This document shows, in pieces, positions 41,701 through 49,560 of a DNA stretch of 62,611 nt. Numbering within the stretch: the stretch's first letter is position 1; each line of letters begins with the position of its first letter. The notes beneath the pieces are model-generated. The model saw only the letters and a list, made by a program, of their open reading frames with translations, ran no database searches and was not told where the DNA came from. Location: IMG/VR virus record IMGVR_UViG_3300045747_000156, positions 1 to 62,611 of that record; one strand, 5' to 3'. The DNA is from a virus. The position numbers and the translations under genes are program-made.

Positions 41701-43891
41701 AATCCACGACTTCATTCCATTGGTTGAGCGCAACCTGCATCTGACAGACGCCGACGTCGGCCGGTCATCAGTCTCAGACATCGCGGCAAAGACCGGTGAG
41801 TGGAACAAAGTGCTTGGTGCACAGAAGCAGATGGCGGACCTCAATAAAGGTATTGCCAAAGTGCATCGCGCTTACGACAACGGACACCAGTGGGTTGAGG
41901 TTGCACCTGAGGGCTTGAAAGCCGAAGGTCAAGCCATGAAGCATTGCGTCGGTGGGTACTGCAACTCAGTTGAGGGTGGAGGCACCAAGATCCTAAGTCT
42001 TCGGGACTCTGATGGGCGTCCTCGCGCCACCGTAGAACTTCGCAAGCAGTCAAATCTAAAGCCAACTAACGACGACGGTATTCTTCCAGATGAATACGGT
42101 GATTTTCATAAGGCCGAGAAATTTTCGGACTTTCTTCAAGAGCGTGGAATTGCTGAGAACGAAGCCTTTGGGCGTGGCGAGACTTACATGGACCACCCTG
42201 AAAGAGCATTTACCGGTCTTGAGAATCTTCAGCAGCCATTTGAAGACTGGTACAAAACCAAGTTTCTGAACCCCGCAGCTGAAGCGCCAGATGTTTGGAG
42301 TATTGCGCAGATTAAAGGTCCGTCTAACCGAGCCCCATCTCCTGACGTCCTTCCACATATCCAAGACCTGGTGAAGAATGGACTGGGCGACGGCCTGAGC
42401 GGTTGGGACGACGTCAATGACCTGCATAACGCTGGCATGCACGACATGGAGACGGTCCATCGGGCAGGTGCTGAGCACATTCCAGGCTACACACCTGAAG
42501 ACTACAAGATCGTCGGACCTAAGTACGAGAGTGCCGCGGACATGATCAACGCCTACTCGCAGAAGCAGCTTGGTGGCGGCCAATACGGAACACCAGAAGA
42601 CTGGAGAGCCTTTGTTGACTCGCACAAAGAGGCTCCAGAGGGCTTCAAGCGTGGTGGCTTGGTCAATGGCAAGAGGGTGAGGCACTTTGAGGATGGTGGA
42701 TCAGACAGCGGGAGCAGTAGCTCAGACAGCGGGAGCAGTAGCTCAGACAGCGGGAGCAGTAGCTCAGACAGCGGGAGCAGTAGCTCAGACAGCGGGAGCA
42801 GTAGCTCAGACAGTTCAGATAGCTCAGACAATAGCGAGGGCGGGTATCAAACATGGTCGCCTCAAACTCCAGCTCCAACGCTGACAGTACCGTCTGTTAC
42901 AACACCGAACTACGGTCTTGGCAACGGGACTGGAACAGGTGATCCAAGCATGGGCGGCGGAACTGGTTTGACAGCAACACCAGGCACCGGGTCGGATCCA
43001 GGCGGCTCTCTGACAGGCGGCACAGGGACTGGAGGCGGAGTCTCAGTCGGCAGCAGCGGCGTCAACATGGGCGGCGGTACTGGTCTGACACCATCAGCCG
43101 GTTGGACGGCAAACAACCCAGGAACCAGCCTTGGAACCACAGGATTGGGCGGAGGGACCACCGGCATTAGCTCGTCTCAGTCTACTCACTACTCTCCAGA
43201 CGTAACCTACGGCATGCTCAATGAGCTCAAAAACCTCGGTCTTGGACAGCAGGACGCACCTGGAAATGCCGGACAGACCATCAACCAAGCTTTAGCAGCA
43301 AAAACCACCGGGAATTTCTTAGAGAAGGCCATACCGGCAATCATCCAAATGGTACCAGGCGGTGGAACCATGATGACTGTAGGAAAGGTGTTGGCTGCCG
43401 TAGACGGTGGTATGTCTCTTGGAGACGCACTGAAACACGCCATGGTCGACGTTGGCGGAAACCTACTGTCTGGAAGCATCAACAAAGGAGTTGGACAAGC
43501 TCTAGGACCGGACTTTGCTAAGGCCCTGGGCATGTACAACATGGGAAGCTCTGCGGCCAATCTGTTTGGGGCCGGCTTACCGACGCTAAACCCAGGTGGT
43601 ATGGCAGTCAACGCCCTGAAGAACGGTCTCGGAGCCTCAGGATTCGGGTCCTCTTCCATACCAGGCGTTGTGGATGTCGGAGGATCGTCCATACCAGACA
43701 TTCAGCCGTGGCACGGAGGTAGTTCTGGCTCAGGACTTGGTGCTCTTTCCACGTCTCAGATTCCACAAACCACTTCGGGTAATAATCAACCGGTTGTGAA
43801 CCAAGCCTCGTACGACCCCATGGCTTTAGGATCTCACTCACTGAGAGTCTACGATCCAGTATTCAAACAAGGTAAACGCGCCCATGAGTAA
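38783..43891 (+). CDS. 1702-aa putative virion/ejection protein with two tandem paralogous modules, each ending in a PcfJ-like HCVGGYC motif, then an SDSGSSS repeat and a Gly-rich tail
   Basis: Module 1: VVKNKGGNW...NNWVDKQLTRYVKNDMATPEDP...YEGDTMGHCVGGYC...IYSLRNSKTGEPHITVE. Module 2: AVKPKGGNW...NRWRDKQLLNYMKNQMGTVDDP...AEGQAMKHCVGGYC...ILSLRDSDGRPRATVE. Confidence 0.6.
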   Translation: MDKRNTKMLPRAEHNELTQQYPKLSGFLQAALLGDAPDELGGSVLDPLTADRQTGARAGYPLGLAAQVAPVLGPLTKWAASGSAGAKLADAVGEVGKSYVVKNKGGNWVGGQVEDTLKQLKRAVRDDDYLARLARDEQRGIMMPGTHQEILRQNGEASALNNWVDKQLTRYVKNDMATPEDPIRAMAERGPIHTDPGLDLYSSRHREHRNSAGTGLEGLGQSRIAKDWENVTDGAIVPQTIDDLWPQFPELKAQNPWMETAPADTKINWASDGVRTRLGFDHLLDELRNATNPASGLPAHLQWDPKNMDRVSVPQAVQRVADINAWRAEQKAAADAARANNAATTLHKDYPDQGYKWVQLKKPQASATDTLPDGYKLDQNKNGFFVRGPDNKMAKSIWNTPEEAVSEMLDASNTSKLSDALKYEGDTMGHCVGGYCPDVTSGRSNIYSLRNSKTGEPHITVETRPSKVSREYLNSLPDPDNPGGPDSFGVANTMYDYVHRHRKGNGDFDNFALQALKQHGHDLPPEEVVQIKGKGNAAPADKYKPFAQDFVKSGKWARVGDLSNTGLVEAQGKYWTPQELSDAVGPVPTPPEYAEGGRVSPTDGIPYPGIGKRRHNDRQASADIPVQALRGWAAGTAGLPGDLEGLVRSLIPGVSNTSFWPTSDFYKEWLPGASETPQARAAQELGSFFGGAGSTKLAKPIASTGKAAARFAGEAIDAGMHGEGALARVLAPAAPAFAVKPKGGNWTVASGHAPEDALEFHDIAARNSSEANRWRDKQLLNYMKNQMGTVDDPLLKLEQEGRLHMTPQQMIESSREFGVAPHPLRGTEEFGLRTGLGTADKFHYETTGRSTRTPWENLSDQAIGTHTPGEEVNNLLDYHGVTDGPNTIGEGVEHLTNQGGISAQAAELLKRHSWLDKADPKTPIYGLGEPQGLGFQHMMDYLDQANGAGQALEHHGSLEAMRAAAQGAVQNAPIHDFIPLVERNLHLTDADVGRSSVSDIAAKTGEWNKVLGAQKQMADLNKGIAKVHRAYDNGHQWVEVAPEGLKAEGQAMKHCVGGYCNSVEGGGTKILSLRDSDGRPRATVELRKQSNLKPTNDDGILPDEYGDFHKAEKFSDFLQERGIAENEAFGRGETYMDHPERAFTGLENLQQPFEDWYKTKFLNPAAEAPDVWSIAQIKGPSNRAPSPDVLPHIQDLVKNGLGDGLSGWDDVNDLHNAGMHDMETVHRAGAEHIPGYTPEDYKIVGPKYESAADMINAYSQKQLGGGQYGTPEDWRAFVDSHKEAPEGFKRGGLVNGKRVRHFEDGGSDSGSSSSDSGSSSSDSGSSSSDSGSSSSDSGSSSSDSSDSSDNSEGGYQTWSPQTPAPTLTVPSVTTPNYGLGNGTGTGDPSMGGGTGLTATPGTGSDPGGSLTGGTGTGGGVSVGSSGVNMGGGTGLTPSAGWTANNPGTSLGTTGLGGGTTGISSSQSTHYSPDVTYGMLNELKNLGLGQQDAPGNAGQTINQALAAKTTGNFLEKAIPAIIQMVPGGGTMMTVGKVLAAVDGGMSLGDALKHAMVDVGGNLLSGSINKGVGQALGPDFAKALGMYNMGSSAANLFGAGLPTLNPGGMAVNALKNGLGASGFGSSSIPGVVDVGGSSIPDIQPWHGGSSGSGLGALSTSQIPQTTSGNNQPVVNQASYDPMALGSHSLRVYDPVFKQGKRAHE
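42701..42813 (+). repeat. Perfect 21-bp tandem repeat, 5.4 copies, in frame (SDSGSSS)x5
   Basis: Unit tcagacagcgggagcagtagc at 42701, 42722, 42743, 42764 and 42785, plus a partial sixth copy. Confidence 0.95.
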
Positions 43892-46826
43892 CGACATCAT
43901 CTACCCGATGGCAGACCTGCCGCCAAATGCTTCTCTGACAGACGTGACAGACGAAGAGCTGAAAGCACTTGACTCTGAGGAAGAGTCTTCGTCCATTGAT
44001 GACGAGGATCTTGAGGAACTTGAAGACGGCTCGGTCATTGTCCACGACAAGAAACGTGAAGAGGAGGGTGAATCGCCTGACTTTGACGACAACTTGGCAG
44101 ACGTGTTCGATGAGTCTGAGGTGTCCAGTCTCGGTAGAAAGCTTTGCGAACTAATTGAAGCAGACAAAGAGGCGCGCACTGAGCGTGACAAGCAATATGC
44201 TGAAGGCATTCAAAAGACTGGTCTTGCTGGCAATAAGAACGTTGGAGCTGATTTTGACGGTGCTAGCTCTGTTGTCCATCCTATGCTTGCTAAAGGTTGC
44301 GTCGATTTTGCGTCCAAAGCGGTAAAGGAACTCTTTCCATCGTCGGGACCTGTCCGCACTCAGATCATGGGTGATCAAACAGACTCCAAGATCGACCGGG
44401 CAGAACGCAAGAAGACGTACATGAACTGGCAGCTCACTGAGCAGATCCCAGAACACCGTCCTGAATTCGAGAAGATGCTGAGCCAGCTGCCGCTGGGCGG
44501 ATCTCAGTACAAGCGCTGGTGGTATGACCAGAAGTTGGGGCGACCACGCACAATGGCCGTCTACATCGATGACATCTTCTTGCCGTTTGATCAGAATGAC
44601 TTTTACACAACGCCACGGTTGACGCACCGCGAGTTTGTTGGCATTGCTGAGTTTGAAGCGCGCACCAAGTCAGGTCTGTACCGCGAGATCGACGGTGCAA
44701 AGTCTGGCGAGCAACCTGAGCGCTCGAAGTCTGATAAGGCTGCACGCGAAGTAGAAGGCGTCACCGATGACTCGGCTGCCTATGATCAGACAGGCGGAAC
44801 GCGTGAAGTCTACACGGTGTACGTTGACCTTGCTTTGGAAGACGACAAACTGACCAAGGGCGAGCTTGCTCCTTACATCGTCCACGTCGAAGAGTTTGGC
44901 AGCAAGGTTCTTGGTATCTATCGCAACTGGGCTGAGAAAGACGAACGTCAGTCCAAACTGCATTGGATTGTAGAATACAACTTCATCCCATGGCGCGGTG
45001 CTTACGCCATTGGCCTTGCTCATTTGATCGGTTCAATGAGCACAGCTTCTACAGGTGCACTCAATGCTCTTCTTGACTCTGCTCATATCAATAATTTTCC
45101 TGGCGGTCTTAAGCTAAAGGGTGGGCGTACCAGCGGCCAGACAATCTCTGTCAACGCGACAGAATTGCGTGAAATTGATGCGCCTCCTGGCGTAGATGAC
45201 ATCCGCAAGTTGGTTATGGCATTCCCATTCAACGGGCCGTCCAACGTTTTGTACCAGTTGATGGAGTGGCTGACTCAACAGGCTGAGATGGTGGTCTCTA
45301 CGGCTTCAGAGAAGATCGCGGATGCTGGCGCCAACATGCCTATGGGTACCGCTTTGGCCTTGATCGAAGGCGGAAGCACAAACTTTTCAGCTATCCACGC
45401 TCGACTGCACCACTCTGCGCGCCGCGAATTGGAAATTCTGCACCGTTTGAACAGCGTCTACCTTAATGACGAAGAGACGGTGGAAGAACTTGGCGAGCTG
45501 ATTGTGTATCGCTCCGACTTCAAGGGTCCGATGGACATCCTGCCAGTTAGCGACCCCAACATCTTCAGTGAAGCCCAACGTTACGCTCAGTTGCAAGCTG
45601 TGATGCAGCTCGAAGCAATGCCTGAGTTCAAGCCATTCTTCAAACCTGAGAAATTGCTGATTCGGGCTCTCAGGTTGTTGCAGGTTCCATATGCGGAAGA
45701 CATCGCCAACTTACCGCGGGATGCAAAGCGTCTTGACCCAGTTGCTGAGAATTCGGCTGCCGCTCTTGATGACGGAACACCTCTGAAGGTGTATGAAGAA
45801 CAGGACGACTTAAGCCACCTTGAAAGCCACGCAACTTTCATGACAAGCCCTTTGCTTGGCGCAAATCCTCTCATTGGACCAGTGGCCCTTCCAAAGCTGT
45901 TGGCTCACTGCAAAGAGCACTTGATTGCTTACTACCGCAAGCATCATGAAGCCGCCGCAAAAGCCATCCACGTTGTCATGAAGATGCAGGGGCACGACAT
46001 GACTGAAGAGCAGGCTCAGAGCAAAGGCCATGCTTTTGCGGACAAAGCTATGGCCACTCAACTTGGCCAAATGGTTGCCCCAGCCCTTGATCAAGCCGTA
46101 AAGCTCATGCAGCAGTTTGCCCCTAAGCCTCCTGCAGACGGAAACACAACTGCGACTCTGGCGGCTCAGACTCAAATGGCAATGCAGAAAGGCCAGGCAG
46201 AACAGCAAGCTCTTCAGATTACCACAATGGAAAATCAGAAGAAGTTCCAGGCGGAGCTCGCTTGGAAGTCTCAAGAGGCCGACAAGGAGCGCGCATTCAA
46301 GATCCAAATACGCCAAATGGAAATCGCTGCCGAAAGCGAGTCCAAAGAGCGTGATCGTCAGCTCACTCAAGGAACTGCAATGCTTGCGGCTAACATTGAG
46401 AAGATGCAAGCTGAGAACGAGAACCGCATGGCCAACTTGACCTTGATGGTGCAGAACCAACAGATTGAATCTGGAGAAGAGAACAAGCGTGTCCTTGCAG
46501 ACATGAAGGCTCAGAGCGATCAGGCTCTTGTGGTACTTAAAGCAATGCTTGAAGACCAGGCAGAATCTACCAAGGTTCAAGAAGCCGCGAAGCCAGACTT
46601 GACAGCCATCATCACTCCACTGCTTGAGCGTGTTCAATCAAGTTCTGACCAGTTGGCCAAGTTCATGGCAGAACAGTCGCAAGCGTCTAACGGAATGATG
46701 GGACAGATCGCAGAGGGCATGCAGGCTATTCACAAAGCGCACTCGGCTCCACGTATAGCACAATACGTCCGCGACCCACTGGGGAACGTCCTCGGGGTAA
46801 AATCCACAATTGAAGGCCAAGAATGA
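43884..46826 (+). CDS. Portal protein (980 aa, acidic N-terminus, long C-terminal helical region)
   Basis: Size, position and late-arm context. The conserved-looking core (VVHPMLAKGCVDFASKAVKELFPSSGPVRTQ...) and the ~200-aa heptad-rich C-terminus are reminiscent of portals with a barrel. Not motif-proven. Confidence 0.6.
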   Translation: MSNDIIYPMADLPPNASLTDVTDEELKALDSEEESSSIDDEDLEELEDGSVIVHDKKREEEGESPDFDDNLADVFDESEVSSLGRKLCELIEADKEARTERDKQYAEGIQKTGLAGNKNVGADFDGASSVVHPMLAKGCVDFASKAVKELFPSSGPVRTQIMGDQTDSKIDRAERKKTYMNWQLTEQIPEHRPEFEKMLSQLPLGGSQYKRWWYDQKLGRPRTMAVYIDDIFLPFDQNDFYTTPRLTHREFVGIAEFEARTKSGLYREIDGAKSGEQPERSKSDKAAREVEGVTDDSAAYDQTGGTREVYTVYVDLALEDDKLTKGELAPYIVHVEEFGSKVLGIYRNWAEKDERQSKLHWIVEYNFIPWRGAYAIGLAHLIGSMSTASTGALNALLDSAHINNFPGGLKLKGGRTSGQTISVNATELREIDAPPGVDDIRKLVMAFPFNGPSNVLYQLMEWLTQQAEMVVSTASEKIADAGANMPMGTALALIEGGSTNFSAIHARLHHSARRELEILHRLNSVYLNDEETVEELGELIVYRSDFKGPMDILPVSDPNIFSEAQRYAQLQAVMQLEAMPEFKPFFKPEKLLIRALRLLQVPYAEDIANLPRDAKRLDPVAENSAAALDDGTPLKVYEEQDDLSHLESHATFMTSPLLGANPLIGPVALPKLLAHCKEHLIAYYRKHHEAAAKAIHVVMKMQGHDMTEEQAQSKGHAFADKAMATQLGQMVAPALDQAVKLMQQFAPKPPADGNTTATLAAQTQMAMQKGQAEQQALQITTMENQKKFQAELAWKSQEADKERAFKIQIRQMEIAAESESKERDRQLTQGTAMLAANIEKMQAENENRMANLTLMVQNQQIESGEENKRVLADMKAQSDQALVVLKAMLEDQAESTKVQEAAKPDLTAIITPLLERVQSSSDQLAKFMAEQSQASNGMMGQIAEGMQAIHKAHSAPRIAQYVRDPLGNVLGVKSTIEGQE

Positions 46827-47026
46827 CGCAAGAAGTACCTCTGATCTACACAAGCAAGGGCAATTTACCTGTTGCCGACCTTGAGGAGAAAGTTGTCTGG
46901 ACAGACAATGCTGATGAGACAATCTGCGCAGTTGAGCACTGGCTCAGTGGTGAGTGCGTGCGCCGCCAAGTCAATATCATGAAACGTACCGGGAACCACG
47001 TTCTCGGATCCATCAGTCAATTTTAA
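46823..47026 (+). CDS. Hypothetical small protein
   Basis: 67 aa. ATGA overlap with the portal stop. Confidence 0.5.
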   Translation: MTQEVPLIYTSKGNLPVADLEEKVVWTDNADETICAVEHWLSGECVRRQVNIMKRTGNHVLGSISQF

Positions 47027-47035
47027 GGGTCAATC

Positions 47036-47503
47036 ATGGCTAATACAGCGGGTATTGCAAATTCATTCAAATCAGAAGTTTTGCTAGGAAACCATCAACT
47101 AGGTGCTGTCACACTTGTGAGCCGAACGAGTTTGACGGCTCCAACTACAGATTCGGTGAAAGCAGCGCTTTATCTGTCTAGCGCCACAATCTCTCCGTCT
47201 ACAGCGGCTTACACAGCAACAGGTGAAGTGACAGGCGCCGGTTACACGGCCGGTGGCATTGCAGTGACAAACGCCAACCCACCTACAACACAGGGAACCA
47301 CTGGCACGTGGACACCGTCCGCGTCGCTGGTGTTTAACACCGTGACTATTGGACCGACAGATTGTGCGCTGATCTACAACTCCACCCAAAGCAACAAGGC
47401 GATTGAGGTGTGCACGTTTACCGCGCAAACACCGGTGGCTGCAACACTGACTCTGACAATGCCAGCCGGCGGTGCAGGTACGTCTCTGATCAACCTAGCG
47501 TAA
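47036..47503 (+). CDS. Hypothetical virion protein
   Basis: 155-aa ORF, Thr/Ala/Gly-rich, tightly packed. Confidence 0.45.
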   Translation: MANTAGIANSFKSEVLLGNHQLGAVTLVSRTSLTAPTTDSVKAALYLSSATISPSTAAYTATGEVTGAGYTAGGIAVTNANPPTTQGTTGTWTPSASLVFNTVTIGPTDCALIYNSTQSNKAIEVCTFTAQTPVAATLTLTMPAGGAGTSLINLA

Positions 47504-47506
47504 GCC

Positions 47507-47875
47507 ATGCCAGTTTTCCGTGATCGCGTCAAAGACACCACTACCAGCACTGGTACGGGTTCGATAACCCTGTCCGGCACTGCGCCAACGGGGTATCAGA
47601 GCTTTGGGACTGCCTTTGCATTGGGTGACAGCAACGTGTTTACCTATTGCATCGTAGACAACACATCCGGCCAATGGGAAACAGGTGCGGGGTATCTGAG
47701 TGCCAGCACAACACTGGTTCGTTATGAACCCATGGATGGGTCAAGTGGTCAGTACACGCTGGTTAACTTCAGCGCAGGCACTAAAGATGTGTTCGTCACT
47801 GCGGTGGCGCACTACATGGAAGATGTGGACACGGGCGCAATTTTGCACCGCTCCACTGGAATGGCAATGCCATAA
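47507..47875 (+). CDS. Hypothetical virion protein
   Basis: 122-aa ORF. Confidence 0.45.
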   Translation: MPVFRDRVKDTTTSTGTGSITLSGTAPTGYQSFGTAFALGDSNVFTYCIVDNTSGQWETGAGYLSASTTLVRYEPMDGSSGQYTLVNFSAGTKDVFVTAVAHYMEDVDTGAILHRSTGMAMP

Positions 47876-47884
47876 AGGACAGAT

Positions 47885-48625
47885 ATGCCCGGAAATAACG
47901 ACCCTATTTATTCAAAACGTGGTGCGATCACACGCGCCATTCTCTTAAAGACCGCTGCGGCTGATTACTTCGGTGTGTCCGAGTTCAACAAGGAAGCGTT
48001 TGCGGCAGACCCAACGAATGGCTCCTACATCCAGCGTCTGCGATTTAAGGCCGTAGGTACGAACGTTGCAACCGTTGCGCGTATATACATCAACAACGGT
48101 GGTCCAAACCAAAACTTTGCGGCGGCTCCAGCTGCGCCGACAGGTACGCCATCCGGCACTGGCGGCACGATTCTTTCCGGCTCCTACTACGGAACAATCA
48201 TCGCCATTGATGCACAGGGCCAACAGTCCGTTATCGGTACGTTGTCGGCTGCGGTGGCTGTGACAGGCCCAACAGGTTCTATTGCATGGTCATGGACTGC
48301 GGTTGCTGGTGCTGTATCGTATCGCATCTATGTGACTTCCAACGCCACGGCAGGTAATGCGGTGCGGTACTTCACCAGTGCGACAAACAGTTACTCGCAA
48401 GTGTCTATGCCAGCGGCAGGTACGTTCGATGACCCGATGATTGGTAATACAAAGCTATACGGTGAGATTTCTTTGCCTGCAACTACTGCTATCGCAACGG
48501 CAGCAACGTCTGACATTGACTACCCCATGAACTTCGCCCTTCCTCCGGGATATGAGGTGTATGTAGGTTTAGGAACTACTGTGGCGGCTGGCTGGATTGT
48601 TCTGGCAGTGGCCGGGGACTACTAA
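47885..48625 (+). CDS. Hypothetical virion protein with FN3/Ig-like segment
   Basis: TGPTGSIAWSWTAVAGAVSYRIYVTS resembles FN3-type repeats. Confidence 0.4.
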   Translation: MPGNNDPIYSKRGAITRAILLKTAAADYFGVSEFNKEAFAADPTNGSYIQRLRFKAVGTNVATVARIYINNGGPNQNFAAAPAAPTGTPSGTGGTILSGSYYGTIIAIDAQGQQSVIGTLSAAVAVTGPTGSIAWSWTAVAGAVSYRIYVTSNATAGNAVRYFTSATNSYSQVSMPAAGTFDDPMIGNTKLYGEISLPATTAIATAATSDIDYPMNFALPPGYEVYVGLGTTVAAGWIVLAVAGDY

Positions 48626-49557
48626 TGCTTGATTTCGGGTTTCTACCCACTCCCTACGGCAACGCTGATGTGCAGTTGTTCACTGTCCCTTCGACAGTCA
48701 ACCAATTGCAATGGCATACATGGTTAAAGCCTCGCGGTAAGACCATGATGCACGCGGTTCTGGCATCTGGCGGTGGCGGTGGCGGCGGTGGATTCACACG
48801 CGCTGCAGCAGCGGCAGGTGGTGGTGGTGGATCTGGTGGTTCATCAGGACTGACCCGGCTAACTATGCCTTTGATGTTTGTGCCAGATACCTTGTATCTA
48901 CAGGTGGGTGCAGGCGGTCAGGGTGCAGCATCAGGCGGTACTGCTACGGCAGGTCAACTATCCTACATCGCAGCCAAGTATTCGGCAGCAACTCCGGGAA
49001 CGGTCAACGCAAGCAACGTGCTGGCAGTCTCCGGAGCAGCGGCTCCAACGGCAGGTGGTACAGGTACAGGCGCGGCAGTAGGTGCATTGGGTGCAGCTGG
49101 AACGATTGCAACGATTGCAGCTATGCCATTGGCACACATGGCCCAATTCGACCTTATTGCAGGAACTGCAGGCGTGGCAGGCGGTGCTGTAGCTGGTGCG
49201 ATTGGCACAGCCCAAGCAATCCCAACGGCTACCCCATTTTGGGGTGCAACAGGTGGCGCTGGGACTACAGCGGCAGACTTTGCAGGCGGTGCTTTCACAG
49301 CATCAGCAGATTCGTACATCAGCGAACAACGCCCAGCAACTCCGGCGGCTGGAAGTTTTGATGGTTCTACAGGTCGCACACTTTGGGCACCATTCTTTTC
49401 GTTTGGTGGCGGCGGCGGTTCATCGTCTAACGCTGCGGCTGGTGGCAACGGCGGCAATGGTGGCCTAGCATGCGGTGGTGGTGGAGGCGGTGCTGGCACT
49501 ATCGGGGGCCGTGGCGGTGACGGTGGTAGCGGATTCATCCTGATAATTTGCTGGTAA
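48625..49557 (+). CDS. Glycine-rich domain protein
   Basis: SGGGGGGGGF...AGGGGGSGGSSG...GGGGGSSSNAAAGGNGGNGGLACGGGGGGAGTIGGRGGDGGSG. TAATG overlap with the upstream gene. Confidence 0.5.
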   Translation: MLDFGFLPTPYGNADVQLFTVPSTVNQLQWHTWLKPRGKTMMHAVLASGGGGGGGGFTRAAAAAGGGGGSGGSSGLTRLTMPLMFVPDTLYLQVGAGGQGAASGGTATAGQLSYIAAKYSAATPGTVNASNVLAVSGAAAPTAGGTGTGAAVGALGAAGTIATIAAMPLAHMAQFDLIAGTAGVAGGAVAGAIGTAQAIPTATPFWGATGGAGTTAADFAGGAFTASADSYISEQRPATPAAGSFDGSTGRTLWAPFFSFGGGGGSSSNAAAGGNGGNGGLACGGGGGGAGTIGGRGGDGGSGFILIICW

Positions 49558-49560
49558 ACC

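Noticed and set aside
42701-42813. Possible CRISPR-like array
   Set aside because: The 21-bp units are directly abutting with no spacers, are in frame inside a coding region and encode SDSGSSS. This is a coding tandem repeat, not a CRISPR.
45810-46637. 275-aa minus-strand ORF inside the portal gene
   Set aside because: It is antisense to the heptad-rich portal C-terminus, is Leu/Cys-rich, has no RBS and would be isolated on the wrong strand.
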